DNA from: Felis catus | Taxonomy: Eukaryota | Assembly: GCF_018350175.1 (NCBI RefSeq) | Contig: NC_058383.1 | Span: 7,752,001 to 7,816,000, forward strand | Direction: 5' to 3' | DNA: 64,000 bases | In this document: piece after piece, positions 13,027-26,400 of the stretch | Layout of the letters: every line of letters starts with the position of its first letter | How positions within the stretch are numbered: position 1 is the first letter of the stretch | Position numbers and translations under genes: made by a program | Notes under the pieces: model-generated | The model's input: the letters and a program-made list of their open reading frames with translations, nothing else | Databases searched by the model: none | What the model was told of the DNA's origin: nothing

Positions 13027-14835
13027 ACTGGTCCATTATCTTATGCGGCCTGTCAGCAGCATAGACACAGCTGATCACTCCCTCCTCCAGGAAATGCTTT
13101 CCTTCCATAATTTCCAGGACACCATACTCCCTGGTTTTTCTTCCTACCTCACCAGCTGCTCCTTCTGCATCCTTTGTGGTTCCTTCCTTCTTCCTTAACA
13201 CAATGCTCAGTCTTTCCAGACCTATCCATTGTAATGGGAGGGACTGCACAGGCTATGAGCCCCAATGCTAGACATTCCTATCTCAGCTTAGCCACTGCTT
13301 CCTTTGGAAAACCTTGGATCTCCTCCGGGTCACATTGGCTGTTCTTTCTTCCTGGGGGCCCCACCGAACCCTGTACATGCTCCCCGTTTAGCACTGGTCT
13401 CACCATTTTGTTCATCTTGTTTGTCTTCCACACGAAACTGTGAGCGGCTTAGCACTGAATTCTGGGATGTAACTAGTATTCCAACAGCCTATCAAGTCTT
13501 GATCCACTTGTTACTGCTGAGAAGCTTGTTTGACCATTGACCCGTCGAAAGACACCTGGGTTATTTCCAGTTTGGAGCTGCTACAAATAAAGCGGCTATG
13601 GACATTGGTGAACAGGTTTTTATTTTTTATTTATTTTTTTAACATTTATTTATTATTGAGACAGAGAGCATGAACAGGGTAGGGTCAGAGAAAGAGGGAG
13701 ACACAGAATCTGAAACAGGCTCCAGGCTCTGAGCTGTCAGCTCAGAGCCCGACGCGGGGCTCGAACCCACGGACCATGAGATCATGACCTGAGCCGAAGT
13801 CGGATGCTTAACCGACTGAGCCACCCAGGCGCGCCGGTGAACAGGTTTTTAAATGCCTTTGAGTGTTGTTGTTGGGTCATAGGCTAAGCGTATATATGGT
13901 TCGTTTTATTTTTATTTTATTTTATTTTTTATTTTAAAAAATTTACTTATTTATGTTTAAATCTTATTTATTTTTGAGAGAGAGAGAGAAGGGAGGGAAA
14001 GACAGAGAGAGAGAGAGGAAGAGACAGAATCCAAAGCAGGCTCCAGGCTTCGAGCTATCAGCACAGAGCCCGATGCGGGGCTTGAACTCACAGACTGTGA
14101 GATCATGACCTGAGCCAACCAGGTGACCAATCATGACCTGAGCTCAACCGACTGAGCCACCCAGGTGCCCCTGTATGGTTCGTTTTAGAAGAAACTGCCC
14201 AACTCTTTTGCAGAGTGGCTAGACCATTTCTCGTTCCCACAAGCAGTGTGTGAGACATCTAGTTTCCCTGCTTTCTTGTGAATACTTGGTTGGTAAGATT
14301 TTTTTCTTTTAGACGTTCTGATAGATGTGTGGTGGTGCGTCATCATGGTTTTAATTTGAGTTTCCTCAACGGTTAACAACTTTGTATATTTTATGTGCAT
14401 ATTTGCCACCCTTACACCATCTTTGCCTAAGCGTCAGTTCAAGACTTTTGCCCATTTTCTAATTGGGTTGTTTGTTTTCTGACTCTTGAATTTAGAGAGT
14501 TTATTCTGGATACGAATCCTTTGTCTGAAACGTAATTTGCAAATGTTTTCTCCCAGTCGATGGATGGCTTCTCTTTTCATTCTACTAACGTGATCTTTCA
14601 CAGGGTTAAAGTTAATTTTTTTAAAAAATTTTAATGTTTTATTTATTTTTGTGAAAGAGAGAGAGAGAGTACAAGCAGGGGAGGGGCAGAGAGAGAGGGA
14701 GACACAGAATCCGAAGCAGGCTCCAGGCTCTGAGCTGTCAGCACAGAGCCCGACGCGGAGCTCGAACTCACAGACCGCGAGATCATGACCTGAGCCGAAG
14801 TTGGACGCTCAACCGACTGAGCCACCCAGACGCCC

Positions 14836-14875
14836 CTTCCTTCCTTCCTTCCTTCCTTCCTTCCTTCCTTCCTTC

Positions 14876-14972
<97 letters not shown>

Positions 14973-14995
14973 TTTCTAATGTTTATTTATTTTTT

Positions 14996-15037
<42 letters not shown>
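14836..15037. repeat. Compound microsatellite (TTCC)n(TTTC)n followed by (GA)n
   Basis: Directly visible; derived from a SINE tail. Confidence 0.95.
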
Positions 15038-15041
<4 letters not shown>

Positions 15042-16922
15042 CGCGAGAGAGCGAGCACGGGGGAAGGGCAGAGATGGAGGGAGACAGAGGATCCATACCA
15101 GGCTCTGGGCTCTCAGCGCAGAGCCCAATGTGGGGCTCCCATTCTTGAACCGTGAGATCATGACCTGGGCTGAAATCGTTAGTCAGACACTTAACTGACT
15201 GAGCCACCCAGGTGCCCCAAGGTTCAATTCTTTATTCTTTTCTCCTTCAACTGCTTTTGCACCTTTGTCTGGCTGTATTTGTGAGAATCAATTTCTGGAT
15301 TCTCTATTCCATCTTTTAAAAATGTCTTTTAGGTTTATTTACTTATTTTGAGAGAGAGAGAGAGCAAGCGGGGTAGGGGCAGAGAGAGAGGGGGGAAAGA
15401 GAGAATCCCAAGCAGGCTCCACACTGTCAGCACAGAGCCTGATGCGGGCCCAAGCTCACAAACTGTGAGAGCATGACCTGGGCTGACATCATTAGTCGGG
15501 CGCTTAACCAACTGAGCCACCCAGGCGACCCTCTAGTCCATTTTATTGATTTGTGTGTCTATCCCTTGGCAGATACTACACTGTCTTGATACTGTAGTAA
15601 GTCTTAAAATAAGGTATTGTGATTCCAACTCTTTCAAAATTGCTTTACCTTGCTTTGCCCTTCCGTGTTAACTTTACAGTGAAGTTGGTTAGATCTACAA
15701 AATTCTTGCTGGGATTTTCATAGGAATTGCCTTAATCCTAGAGTTCAGTTTGGAGAGAATTGATATCTTTACTATGTTCAGTGTTCTAATACATGGACAT
15801 CTATTAATTTAGATCTTTGAGTTCTTCATCAGGATTTTGTAGTTTTTAGCATACATATTCTTTGCGTGTTTTGTCAGACTTATACCTAAATATTTCTCCC
15901 TCCTTCTACTTCCCTCACTCCTGATCCCCCTCTCTCTGGATTGTAATGGTACTGTTTTAAATTTCAGTTTCCAGTAGTCATGTATGTTACCTGCAAATAG
16001 AGAATTTTATTTCTTCCTTTCCAATCTTTTCTTTGCTTTATTACACTGTATCCTTTTCTTGCCTTATTGCACTGGGTGGGACTTCAATAGTGAGGGTGGT
16101 TAGAGAAGACATCCTTGCGTTGTTCCTGATTTTAAGAGAAAACTGTCTTACATCTGTCTTATGTCATTAAATATGATTGTAGCCAGCTGTAGAGTTTCTG
16201 TAGATGCTCGTTAACAAGTTGAGGAAGTTCCTTCTGTTCTTTTATGATTTTTATTTTTAAAGTAATCTCTACACCCAATGTGGGGCTGGAACTCACAACC
16301 CTGAAATCAGGAGTCCTCACTCCACCAACTGAGCCAGCCAGGTGGCTCCCTTCTATTCTTTTTTTGCTGACAGTTTTTCTCATAAATGGATACTAAATTA
16401 TGTTAAATGTTTTTTTCTGCATTGACTGATATGATCATATACATTTTCTTCTTTAGCCTGGTAAATGGTAGTGATTGATTTTCTATTTTTTGAGCCAGTC
16501 TGGCATCTTTGGAGTAAATTCTACTTGGTCATGGCTTATCATTCTTTTTATATACTGCTGGATTCAGTTTGCTAGAATTTTGTTGAGGATTTTTTCACCT
16601 TTTTTCATGAGAAATATTGGTCCGTAGTTTTCTTTGTATAATCTTTGGTTTTGGCCTCATAAAATTAGTTAGAAAGTGTTCCTTCCTCTTCTGTAGAGAA
16701 GAGATTGTGTAGAATTTGGTAGAATTCACCAGGGAAACCATGTGGACCTAGATGTTTCTTTTTCTAAAGGTTTTTTAAAACTATGAATGTAGTTACTTCA
16801 GTAGCCACAGGACTATTCAGATGATCTATTTCATCTCCTGTAAGTTCTGTAGGTTGTGGTTTTCTAGGAAGTTGGTCCATTTCATCTAAGTTGTTGAATT
16901 TGTGTATAGCGAGTTGTTTGTA

Positions 16923-17168
16923 CAAGGATACCCTGTTTTACTGCACTTTTTACAAACTGAAGGTTTGTGGCAACCCTGTCTCTTGGCACCACTTTTCCAA
17001 CAGCATTTGCTTAAGCCTGTGTCTGTGGGTCATTTTGGTAATTCTCATATTTCAAACTTCATTATATTTGTTATGATCTGTAATCATGATCACAACTCAC
17101 TGAGAGCTGATGATGGTTAGCATTTTTCGGCAGTAAAGTATTTTTTAATGTTTATTTATTTATTTATT

Positions 17169-17211
<43 letters not shown>

Positions 17212-17612
17212 GGGAGAGAGAGGGCAGGGGAGGGACAGAGAGAGAGGGAGGGAGAGAATCCCAAGCAGGCTCTGTGCTATGAGCACAGAGCCCGACTTGG
17301 GGCTCAAACTCACCAACCATGAGATCATGACCTGTGCCAAAGTTGGACACTTAAACGACTGAGCCACCCAGGTGCCCCATCAGTAAAATATTTTTATGTT
17401 TTCAACAAAGTATTTTTAAATTAAGATACATGCTTTTTTAAAAAAGATATAATGTCATTGCAAACTTAATAGACTACTTAATAGACTATGATGTAAATAT
17501 AACTTTTATATGTACTGGGAAACCAAAAAATTTATTTGGCTCACTTTACTGTGATATTCACTTTACTGCAGTGGTCTGGAACTGAACCCACAATATCTCC
17601 AAGGCATGCCTG
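16923..17612 (+). mobile_element. Tigger1-type (TcMar) internally deleted DNA transposon
   Basis: TA|CAAGGATACC...TTTTTACAAACTGAAGGTTTGTGGCAACCCTG...AATATCTCCAAGGCATGCCTG|TA, with degenerate TIRs and TA target duplication. Confidence 0.8.
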
Positions 17613-19089
17613 TATTATTCTCTAAGTATCTTTTGCATATGAGGCTATCTTTAGTGCTATCCCCACTTTCATTTCTAGTAATCATAATTTGATTTTTTTT
17701 TTTTTTAAGATTTTATCTCCAAGTAACCTCTACACCGAACCTGGGGCTCAGACTTACAACCCCATGATCAAGAGTTGCATGCATGTTCTACTGACTGAGC
17801 CAGCCAGGCACCAGTTTTCCTTCTCTGGTTCTGACTTGTCAGTCTTGCTACATGCTTATCAACTTTATCGATCTTTTCAGAGAACTAGCTTTTCTTTTGA
17901 GTTTCTTTATTGTTTTTGTGTTCAGTTTGATTTTTATTCTTTTACTATTTCCTCACTTCTTTTTCCTTTGGCTTTATTTGGCTCATTTTCTAGTTCCTTG
18001 CAGTGGAAGCTTAGATTACGCTTCCATTCTTTTCAAAATACCATTCAGTGTTTCCAGAATACTCCTTGGTTCCATGAAAAACAGTTTATCCATCAAAACT
18101 CAGCTCAGATGTCACTTTTGAGGCAGAATAGCCTTTCCTCCTCACGCCACATAAACCCCCAAACTTGTGATTAATGAAAATCTGAAACTAAAGGGAGAAC
18201 CCTTTAGTTTAATGATGATCATTTAAATGATGCTGGGAGAAAAGTTCTCAAGAACCTGTCCCCTTTCCAACCTGCAGTCAAATGGGGTCATAAAAATGCC
18301 AACTCACATGCGTAGGCTTAAGTTTACAAGGTTATTTTGGGTTTCCTAGTGGCAGAACACGAATTATCATCCGTATTTAAGTGTTGGGGCAACTCAAGCA
18401 GAGAATAGCTCTAGGTTCCCAATGCAAGTCTAACTCCTTTTTGAAGAGAACTCTCCAGAAACGATACCAATCTGGGCAGAGGAAACCCCTCCCAACTGTC
18501 ATCGGGAGCCAGGAACCCGCAGGCGCTGCCTCGCCCTGCCCACCAGGGGGTGCACGTCCCTGCTGGGGGCGGGAGTGGGGGTGGACAGAGGACGATGAAC
18601 TGGCGGGCAAAGGTTGAGAGGTGTGGGTCGGTCAGCATGCTCCGGGGGAGCCGTGAAGGCTGGGCCTACGTCTCGTAGCTTGGGTCTCCAAGGGCTGACT
18701 TTGGGGTCAGCCCTTGCAAGTGATAGGGGAAAGGGACAGATCCCCGTGATCTACTGGGGAGTCCAGAGGTGGCTTTTTCTGCCCGGGGCCCGACCTCGCC
18801 ACTCAATCCCCTACTCAAGTCTCTGGGCAGCAGGGGCCTTCGGCGGGGGAGTCAGTTCTGCCAACTCTGCCGCGCCTCCTCTGACCAGAGAAACCGCGAT
18901 GAACGCGGGAGTCCAGACTTGCCTTCAGTGCCCTTCAGGTTCTCTTGAACTCGCAGCCCTTTTTTGGTCTTTGGCAGTCCCCTACCCCAAATCCTCCACG
19001 TCCTCAGAACAGCCTCCTGTCTCCCCTCTAAGATCCCGTTCGTGGGCCAGGAACTTGGACTGGCCTAGGAAAGCTGACTCTCCCGGGAT

Positions 19090-19500
19090 TTGACTTAATA
19101 CATGCCCCCCGCATCCGCGCTCAGCTTGCGTGGCGTACACGTGGTAGAGCCCGTCTCTCAGATCTCTCGCGTTACTTAAACACGTCGCGCGGTTGCGCGA
19201 GCGCCCGAAGGGGCGGGGAGAACGGAGGCCGGGAAAGCGATTCGTGAATCACGCGGGCCGGGCCTCGGGGGGCGGGGCGCGCGTGCGCACTTGGCAGCCC
19301 TTTCAGGAGCCGGGAGCCGCCAGGGTGCCTGCGATCTCGCGATCCTGTTACGCGCGGCTTTCCTTCTCGTCCTGGGGCTTGTGGGTCGCGAGCCGCGCCC
19401 TCAGCCCGGGCGGGTCGACGCAAGCTTGAGTGGTTCGGCCGGGAGTGGGCCGCGTGCTCGGGGAGAGCACTGTGGACTGGAGAGTGTAGGCGCGGGGGAA
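19090..19500 (+). promoter_or_regulatory. POP7: POP7 CpG-island promoter and 5' UTR exon
   Basis: CpG-rich, with GGGGCGGGG boxes, NRF1-like GCGCGTGCGCA at 19279-19289 and TCTCGCGA at 19335-19342. The coding exon acceptor is at 19721-19722. Confidence 0.75.
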
Positions 19501-19732
19501 GGGGGCTGTGGAGGGACCTGAGGGTGGGGGAGATTTCCTGGATGAATAGGAACTGGGGGTAAGGGAGATACGCAAGTCCGAAGTGAGTGGGAGGGGACTG
19601 AGGCTGGAAGGGAAGAGGGGCGTTGAGTGCGCCCCCTCCTGTCTGCACCCTTTGGGCTGGAAACGGGGTAGGGAAGAAAGCGAAGTCGCTTGTCACCTCT
19701 CTGATCTCCCTCCCCGCGTCAGGGCGCACAGC

Positions 19733-20155
19733 ATGGCGGAAAATCGAGAGCCCCGCGGGGCCGTCGAGGCTGAGCTGGACCCGGTGGAGTATACCCTTCG
19801 GAAGCGGCTCCCCCACCGCCTGCCCCGGAGACCCAATGACATTTACGTCAACATGAAGACTGACTTTAAAGCCCAGCTGGCCCGCTGCCAAAAGCTTCTG
19901 GACGGAGGGGCTCGGGGTCAGAACTCATGCAGTGAGATCTACATTCATGGCTTGGGCCTGGCCATCAACCGTGCCATCAACATTGCTCTCCAGCTTCAGG
20001 CTGGCAGCTTCGGGTCCTTGCAGGTGGCTGCCAATACCTCCACCGTGGAGCTCGTCGATGAGCTGGAACCAGAGACTGACACCCGAGAGCCGCTGACCCG
20101 CATCCGCAACAACTCGGCCATCCACATCCGTGTTTTCAGGGTTACACCCAAGTAA
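19733..20155 (+). CDS. POP7: Ribonuclease P/MRP protein subunit p20 (Rpp20), 140 aa, single coding exon
   Basis: MAENREPRGAVEAELDPVEYTLRKRLPHRLPRRPNDIYVNMKTDFKAQLARCQKLL...IHIRVFRVTPK*. ATG in good Kozak context (agcATGG) 10 nt after the acceptor. Alba-like Rpp20 sequence. Confidence 0.97.
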   Translation: MAENREPRGAVEAELDPVEYTLRKRLPHRLPRRPNDIYVNMKTDFKAQLARCQKLLDGGARGQNSCSEIYIHGLGLAINRAINIALQLQAGSFGSLQVAANTSTVELVDELEPETDTREPLTRIRNNSAIHIRVFRVTPK

Positions 20156-20379
20156 CCCAAATGAGGACGGCGTTGTCCACCTACCCCCAGGTAGCTAGGC
20201 TCAGATGTGGCTCTCCTTGTACTGAATGTGACCATGGACCTCCTACCAGAGCCACGTAAGAGAAAGCCCGTTTCCCTTACAACCCAGAGGACTCTGAACT
20301 GAGGGAAAGAGGATTGTCTCTTGTTGGGCCCAAGCCGTGGGTCTTACCGTCTTTGTGGTCTGTAAGCTTTGTCATCGAC

Positions 20380-20385
20380 AATAAA
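20380..20385 (+). terminator. POP7 polyadenylation signal AATAAA
   Basis: AATAAA about 225 nt after the POP7 stop, followed by GT-rich sequence. Confidence 0.7.
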
Positions 20386-21995
20386 AAATACCAAGTTGTG
20401 TTAGTATGCAGCTACCCCACTGCGGCTGGCTCTCCCCTGTGTAAATTCTGTGTGTGCCTGGAAAGGGAGAGTAGGAAACTTTACAAGTATTTAGGTACAG
20501 GAGGGGACCCCAAGTGTTTTCTGCCTTTACAGAGAGCGTAGATAGTATTACAGACTGTGTAAGAAAACAAACTGTCGTGCAATGCAAAAACCGGAGAATC
20601 CCAGTGTTTGCTTTAACATTTTGTGTACTCTCAGAGGAAGGCCGAGGGATGAGGTGTTCCATCTTGCCTGCTTAAAGTGCAGCAGGCTGGTTGTATACTC
20701 AAGAAGCATCGGGCTTTCTGGTGGTGGTTCCCGAGACAGGAAAGGTGAGAATTTAAGGATGAAGGGAGCAAACAAAAACCGTGGGCCTTCCCTGTGTCAG
20801 ACTCTATGATAGGGACTGTTTCATTTGATTCCCAGTCCTGCGGGGCCCAGGTGGTTCCAAGCAGTTGTGGTCCAGAGCCCTTTAGACCCTTCTTGACGGG
20901 CTGCTCCAGTGGGAAAGGAGAGCTTCCTCCCTGAATTACTGGGCACACAGGTAATCAGTAATTTTTGTTTGGGTGTTTGTAAGAGGATCTGATTTCTCAT
21001 GTTTATCAAGCTGGAGTCACTGAAAGCAATGTTTATCAAAGTGGGTGGTGATCCATTTGTGGGTCTTGAAATCAATTCACTGGGTCGGAGCCATTTAGAA
21101 AGGTTTTTTTTTTTTTCTTTTTCTATTAAAAAAAGCCACTGAACCGGTGTTTTGTTAGTGCCTTTCCAGTTAGGGGTAGGTGTAGAGTTACACATGTGCT
21201 ACTTAAGATATAAATTGTGTTTTTTACCATCGATCGAAGTCACAAGAGTTGGAAAGCCTCTGACTTAAAAGTAACAGGTTTTACTCTAATTTGCCTGAAG
21301 GCGGTTTGGTTTGGGGTTCTGAAAATGAGGCTTCTCATTTCTCAAAAACCCTCCCTCTGGCCTGGATGTTCCTGTTGAGGGACTTTGATGCCAGGTGATT
21401 GACTGCCAGCAACTCGGGCAAGCGGACTCCTTACCAGACCAGTGCTTCATTCCAACAAACGTGCTGAGTGCCTACTGTGAGCCAAAGCCTGGGTTGGGCC
21501 CTGGGATACAAAATCAGTACAAAAACCCCTGCCTTCAAGGAGCTCCTCATTTAACTGGGAAGGTAGATACACAAATTTGTGAATGAGTGAGAAGGTGAGT
21601 TATGTAAGATGTAAGAGTAGCCATGAGTTGGGAATGTAGAGAATGAAATGGCTAGCTTCCTGCTGGAGTCTAAAATGGTTCCACTGTTGACTTGGGTATT
21701 GAAGGATGAATAGGAGTTTGCCAGGCAAAAGAGGAGAGGACAGACATCTCTGGCAGGGGGGTCAGCATACACAAAGGGGAGTCATGAATAGGCAGCGTGT
21801 TTCGTGGGACTCGGTGGCTAGAAAGCAGGGGGCACTGGGGAGACTTAAGGGAGACAAGACCAGAGACATTTCTTTCAGGTTCCCCACCCCCACCCCACTC
21901 CATAGCCACCCACCTTGTCCCCCTATCAGCCTTGACTGCAAGGCTCCCTTGCCCTGGAGCCCCCCAGGAGCAGAATAGGGAGCTTGCTGGAACTA

Positions 21996-22013
21996 TGTGT
22001 CTCTCTGCACGTA
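21996..22013 (-). promoter_or_regulatory. Candidate distal 5' hypoxia-response element of EPO
   Basis: Minus strand reads TACGTG-CAGAGAGA-CACA: HIF core plus ancillary CACA box at 8-nt spacing, about 7.7 kb upstream of the EPO promoter. Confidence 0.65.
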
Positions 22014-23224
22014 TGTGTTCTCATCTCTCTGTGCTCCTGGCCCAGGCCCAGCTGAGGTGGTGGCAAGCAGCCCTTTTGCATTTGGTTTGTTTTGGCAGCT
22101 ACCTCTCCCAGCCTATTTGTTGTTTCTACTCCAAGTCCTCTCACTGCTTGCCAATGGGGCTTCCCTCAGTGGCAGGTCTGCAGAAACAGCTCCTAGACAT
22201 TGCTGCTGAAGGAAGAGCGGGTCCTGGAGCGTGCCCTTTAGTGTGTGGGGAGGTAGGGGGCGTGGGGGAGGCTCCTGCATCTGCTAGAGTCCATGCACCG
22301 TGGGCAGGGCAGGGCAGGGCACTTCAGATCCCTCCTGTAGGGAGGCCAACCAAGACCTCTCTTCCGCTTCCTTCTGTTGACTGAAGCATCTTCCATCAGA
22401 GTTTGGGAAAAGGGAAGGGGGTGGGGCAGAAGGTGTGTCCCAATGGGGTTCCCCTCCCTTCTTTTTACTCAACAGCTGCAGAGGCCACCATGCATTCAAA
22501 ATGACCTCTTACTTCAAAAGCAGATCCCCAGAGGCCAGAATTGAAATGCCTTATTTTGGAGGAGGGTGTAGACATTTGCTCATCACCCATAGCATTATTG
22601 AGCAGTCACTAGTTGCAGGGATCTGTTAAGCATCCCGCCTCCCAGAGAGGGTGAAACTGGTCCTATAAAGTCAATAGGGAGTGAGATAGATTTAAAAAGG
22701 CAAATAATTGGCATAGTGCTGGGAGCCATCCCTGGCATTTAGTACAGGCTCCACAAGTCAGAAAAGCTACTATTGTTAATGTGAGCCATTTTGCAAAGAA
22801 ATGGTTTTGGGCCTCTCTGTGGGCATAGGGAGGGGGGTGGAAAGGGGATTTGTGTGTTTGATTTACAAGGCCGGGTTACTAGTTCTGTTGGCTTTTACAT
22901 TTGTGGCTTGCCTGGCAGAGAAGAAGACAGGCCCTAAGGACACATGAACTGGTTTGGACTGGGTGATGATCCTCCTGGGGAGGTCCTCATACTCAGTCTG
23001 GGCTGAGTGCAGGGTGCTTGGTCAGGAGTTGGGGGAAGAATGGCGTGTTCCTTAAACCCACGAACCTCTAGAGAAGGTGGTTGAAAAGTCTGTGATGAAT
23101 GTAGTTTCTCAGGGAGCAGAGGTCCAATTGCACCAGGGTTTGGGGTGAGGCAAAGGTGATCCCACAAAGAAAGATGCCTGGATATGACCACTTAAGGCTC
23201 TGCCTTAATGGTCCATCTTTTTGT

Positions 23225-23434
23225 TAAAAAATTTTAATGTTTTTTTAATTTATTCTTGAGAGAGAGAGAGACAGAGACAGAGCGTGAGTGGGGGAGGGGG
23301 AATAGAGAGAGGGAGACAGAATCTGAAGCAGGCTCCAGACTCCGAGCTGTCAGCACAGAGCCTAACGCGGGGCTCAAACTCACGACCTGAGCCAAAGTCA
23401 GATGCTTAACAGATTGAGCCACCCAGGCGCCCCT
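23225..23434 (-). mobile_element. Can-SINE
   Basis: TGAGCCACCCAGGCGCCCC end, (GA)n tract, T-rich tail. Confidence 0.9.
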
Positions 23435-26400
23435 TAATGGTGTCATCTTTGACTTGAATGTTGAAGGATGACTAGAAGTTTGTCCGGCAAAAGAAATGCC
23501 ATAATGGCATTATGGGTGCTTTTTAACTCCTATGTTTTGGTTTAGCCATATTTTCTAATTTTCAGTGATCACGTATCATTTTTGTAATAAGAGAACATTA
23601 ATTGTTTACGAAGCGTGTTCCTTTGTTCTGTTCTCCAGGTGGGGTTATCAGGGGAGTTAGTGATCATACTGGTAAGATAACCTCAAGGAGAAGAAGTGAT
23701 TTCATTGCCTGATCCAGTAACTAATAAATATCTAATGGCTACATGGATGGATGTATAGAAGGACAGCTTGCTGTCCACTTTATAACAAGCCTCCGCTCTC
23801 TTGAGAAACATCAAATATCTTGCCACTGGAAGTCTGCAAGCAGAGGGTGGGCCTTCACTTTCATGGGACCTCCTAGGTCCTTTCTGGTTCAGAGTCCATG
23901 AATTTTGTTGGCTGCAAGAAAAATATACTTTCCCGAAAGTACTAAACTTATTTGCTGGCTCCTGAAATAAGACAGAAGCAGAGAGGCTCCCTTGTATACA
24001 GATCAGGGGATGCCTATGGGGTCAAGCAACAGGTTCTTGATATTTGTTGGTTCTCAGTGAACCGTGAACAGCTTGGGAGAATATCTGCTATATTTGGATG
24101 TGCAGCAGTATGTCTAAGTTTTCTATAAACTTCCCTTGAGGTCTCGGCCTATATTCTTCTAAGTAGAAAGCACCTATAATACCGCCCAGTAGAGGTCATA
24201 CCAAATCCTCAAAAAGTCCCCGAGCCGCATGTCAACAAAATGAAACGTCTGTACTCACAACCGAGCGCCTGCAAAGGCCTCACACGGGAGAAAAAAACTA
24301 CTTGTGTTGACATTGCCAGTCATGTTTTGCTTCGGTTAGGATTTTCTAGTCTTATTTTTGGACAGGAACATTACTCTGGTCAACTTAGCAGCTCTGTCTT
24401 CTGATCACAGGTTGGGAGATTACAGGTTGCTTAGGAATATTCAGCAATACTAGTGAGCTACAGATCCTAGGATTCGTTGGACGCTTTCCACAGAAACCGA
24501 ACCGGGGTCGTTCTGGAGCTTGAGGTGGAGGCATTGGTGCCCTGGGAGCCCACCTTCAAGGACTCAAACATTTGGGGGATTCAGGAGACAAGTGTTCAAG
24601 AAAGGTGGCCCATCATGTTTCAGGGCTTGTCTAGGGTGAGCCCAAAGGCCTCATTCAGTTCAAGATCATTAGGGTTTCTCTGGGCCCCCCTAGGAGGAGA
24701 CCCACACCGACAGGGCAAGGAATCCCCGGCTGACCCATTTGAGACACGTCTTGGTATCTGCCTCTTAACCCACCTGCAACTCCCACAGTGACTCTGTTTC
24801 ACTCGGTTGTGTTCAGGGGCAAGTTTCTCCAAGTGCCATCAGTATACACACCCAAAGATACCTCCATCCACAACCCACTATTCTCCATTCTCACGACGTC
24901 TTCCGGTGAATTGCTTGGCATAGCAGACACAACACCAGACACGAGGTGCCCTGAGCCTGTGCCCAGCGCCCCAGAGGAAACAGTGGAGGAAGTCTGGAGA
25001 ATATGCTGGAGATTTGGTCTCTAGGCCTCCCAAGTGAGGACAAGTAGGAGGGACAGTAAAGCAGAGATAGTGCAGTAGTAACAGCCGGCACTTATTGATT
25101 ACCCTGCTCGAGGTGTTACATAATCTCACGAGAGCTCTGGCAAGCAATCACTATCATTTTCGCCATCCGTAGGCTCAGAGGTACAGTCACTAGTCCAAGT
25201 GGGCTGCTGGTAAGTGGCAGATCAGGCCACTAATCCGGGCTCCCTTGTTTCCAGGACAACCCCTGGAAGCCACTGGGCCACAGAGCTGCTAGTTGAGAGC
25301 AGAAACCTGGATGTCTGGTTCTACTGGCTATTTTATGGCCAAGAAAGCAACCCTTGCCTCAGTTTCCCCAAACTGACTTCAGACAGGACTTTCTCTGGTT
25401 CTCCAGCGGGGATCTGTTCTCCAGCATCCTTGCTTCCTTCCCAGCTCCCTACGGGCCAGGAAGCCCTCCCCACCGCACCCTCCACAGTCCCTGGCCACCT
25501 CACTTCCCAGCACAGAACGTCTTCTGGGCCACTGGTTGAACTCTCCAGCCGAGCTGAGAAGCCACTGCTTGCAAAGAGGATGGAAGAGAAGCCCGGAGGC
25601 CCCCCTCTTCGTCCCCAACACGACTCCAGGCAGCTGGGGCTTCCTGCTGCCTTGGGGTCTGGGGCAGTTCAGGGGAACCGTAAATTTGCTTCTCCTTGGA
25701 CTTTCAGTCTGGATTGGCTGCCAGGAAGGCTCCATGGAACAGAGCCTGCCTCCACCCCCGCCATCCTCCTTGTCACCCCGTCCCTTTTCAGATCCTGCCT
25801 CAGTGGTTGCTGCTCAGGAAGTGGATGTAGGCCTCACGGGCCCCTGCAATCCCAGAGCTAGGTTGTCCAGGCTGGCTCCAGCAAGCACTCGGAGGATGAG
25901 TGGCTCACCTCCCCACTCTAGGTCTCCCATTCTCTGGCAGAGGTGTCTGGAGTGGAGGGATTGCCTAATACCAGCCAGACTTAACCGTAAAGAGGCAACA
26001 TGCTGGGTGCCCGGGGGGTACCAAAGTGAGCCAGACCTGCCATACACTGTCCTTTGCTCTTTTTGATGATCAAGTCACCCGTGCTGCATGACTCCAGGGA
26101 GTACCATTCCCAGCAAGTCTGTGAGTGGCCCCCTCTGGAGTTGTACAGTGCTCAATCTTGAAAGCTGTGCATGTTGGCCCAGTCAGTAAGAGGCCTAAGC
26201 CACATCCATAAATGATGGCAGTACAGAGGAAGGGGACAGCTTCCTGCTGGGGGATCAGGGAAGGCTTCATAGAGGAGCTTAAGGCTTGGGCTTGGGCTTT
26301 GAAGCACGATGTGGGGAGAGAGAGTGTGAGACGGTGATCCAGGTGGAAAGCACAGAGTGAGCAAAAGGCAGGAAGCATCTGAGTTCATGTGATGGAAGGA

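Larger units (their letters stand above)
13540..18030 (-). mobile_element. Fragmented old L1 (antisense) interrupted by multiple Can-SINEs and a Tigger1 derivative
   Basis: T-rich L1 ORF2/3'UTR-like sequence. SINEs at ~13620-13835, 13905-14172, 14615-14836, 14975-15218, 15310-15531, 16240-16350, 17140-17378 and 17690-17812 (all minus). Confidence 0.75.
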
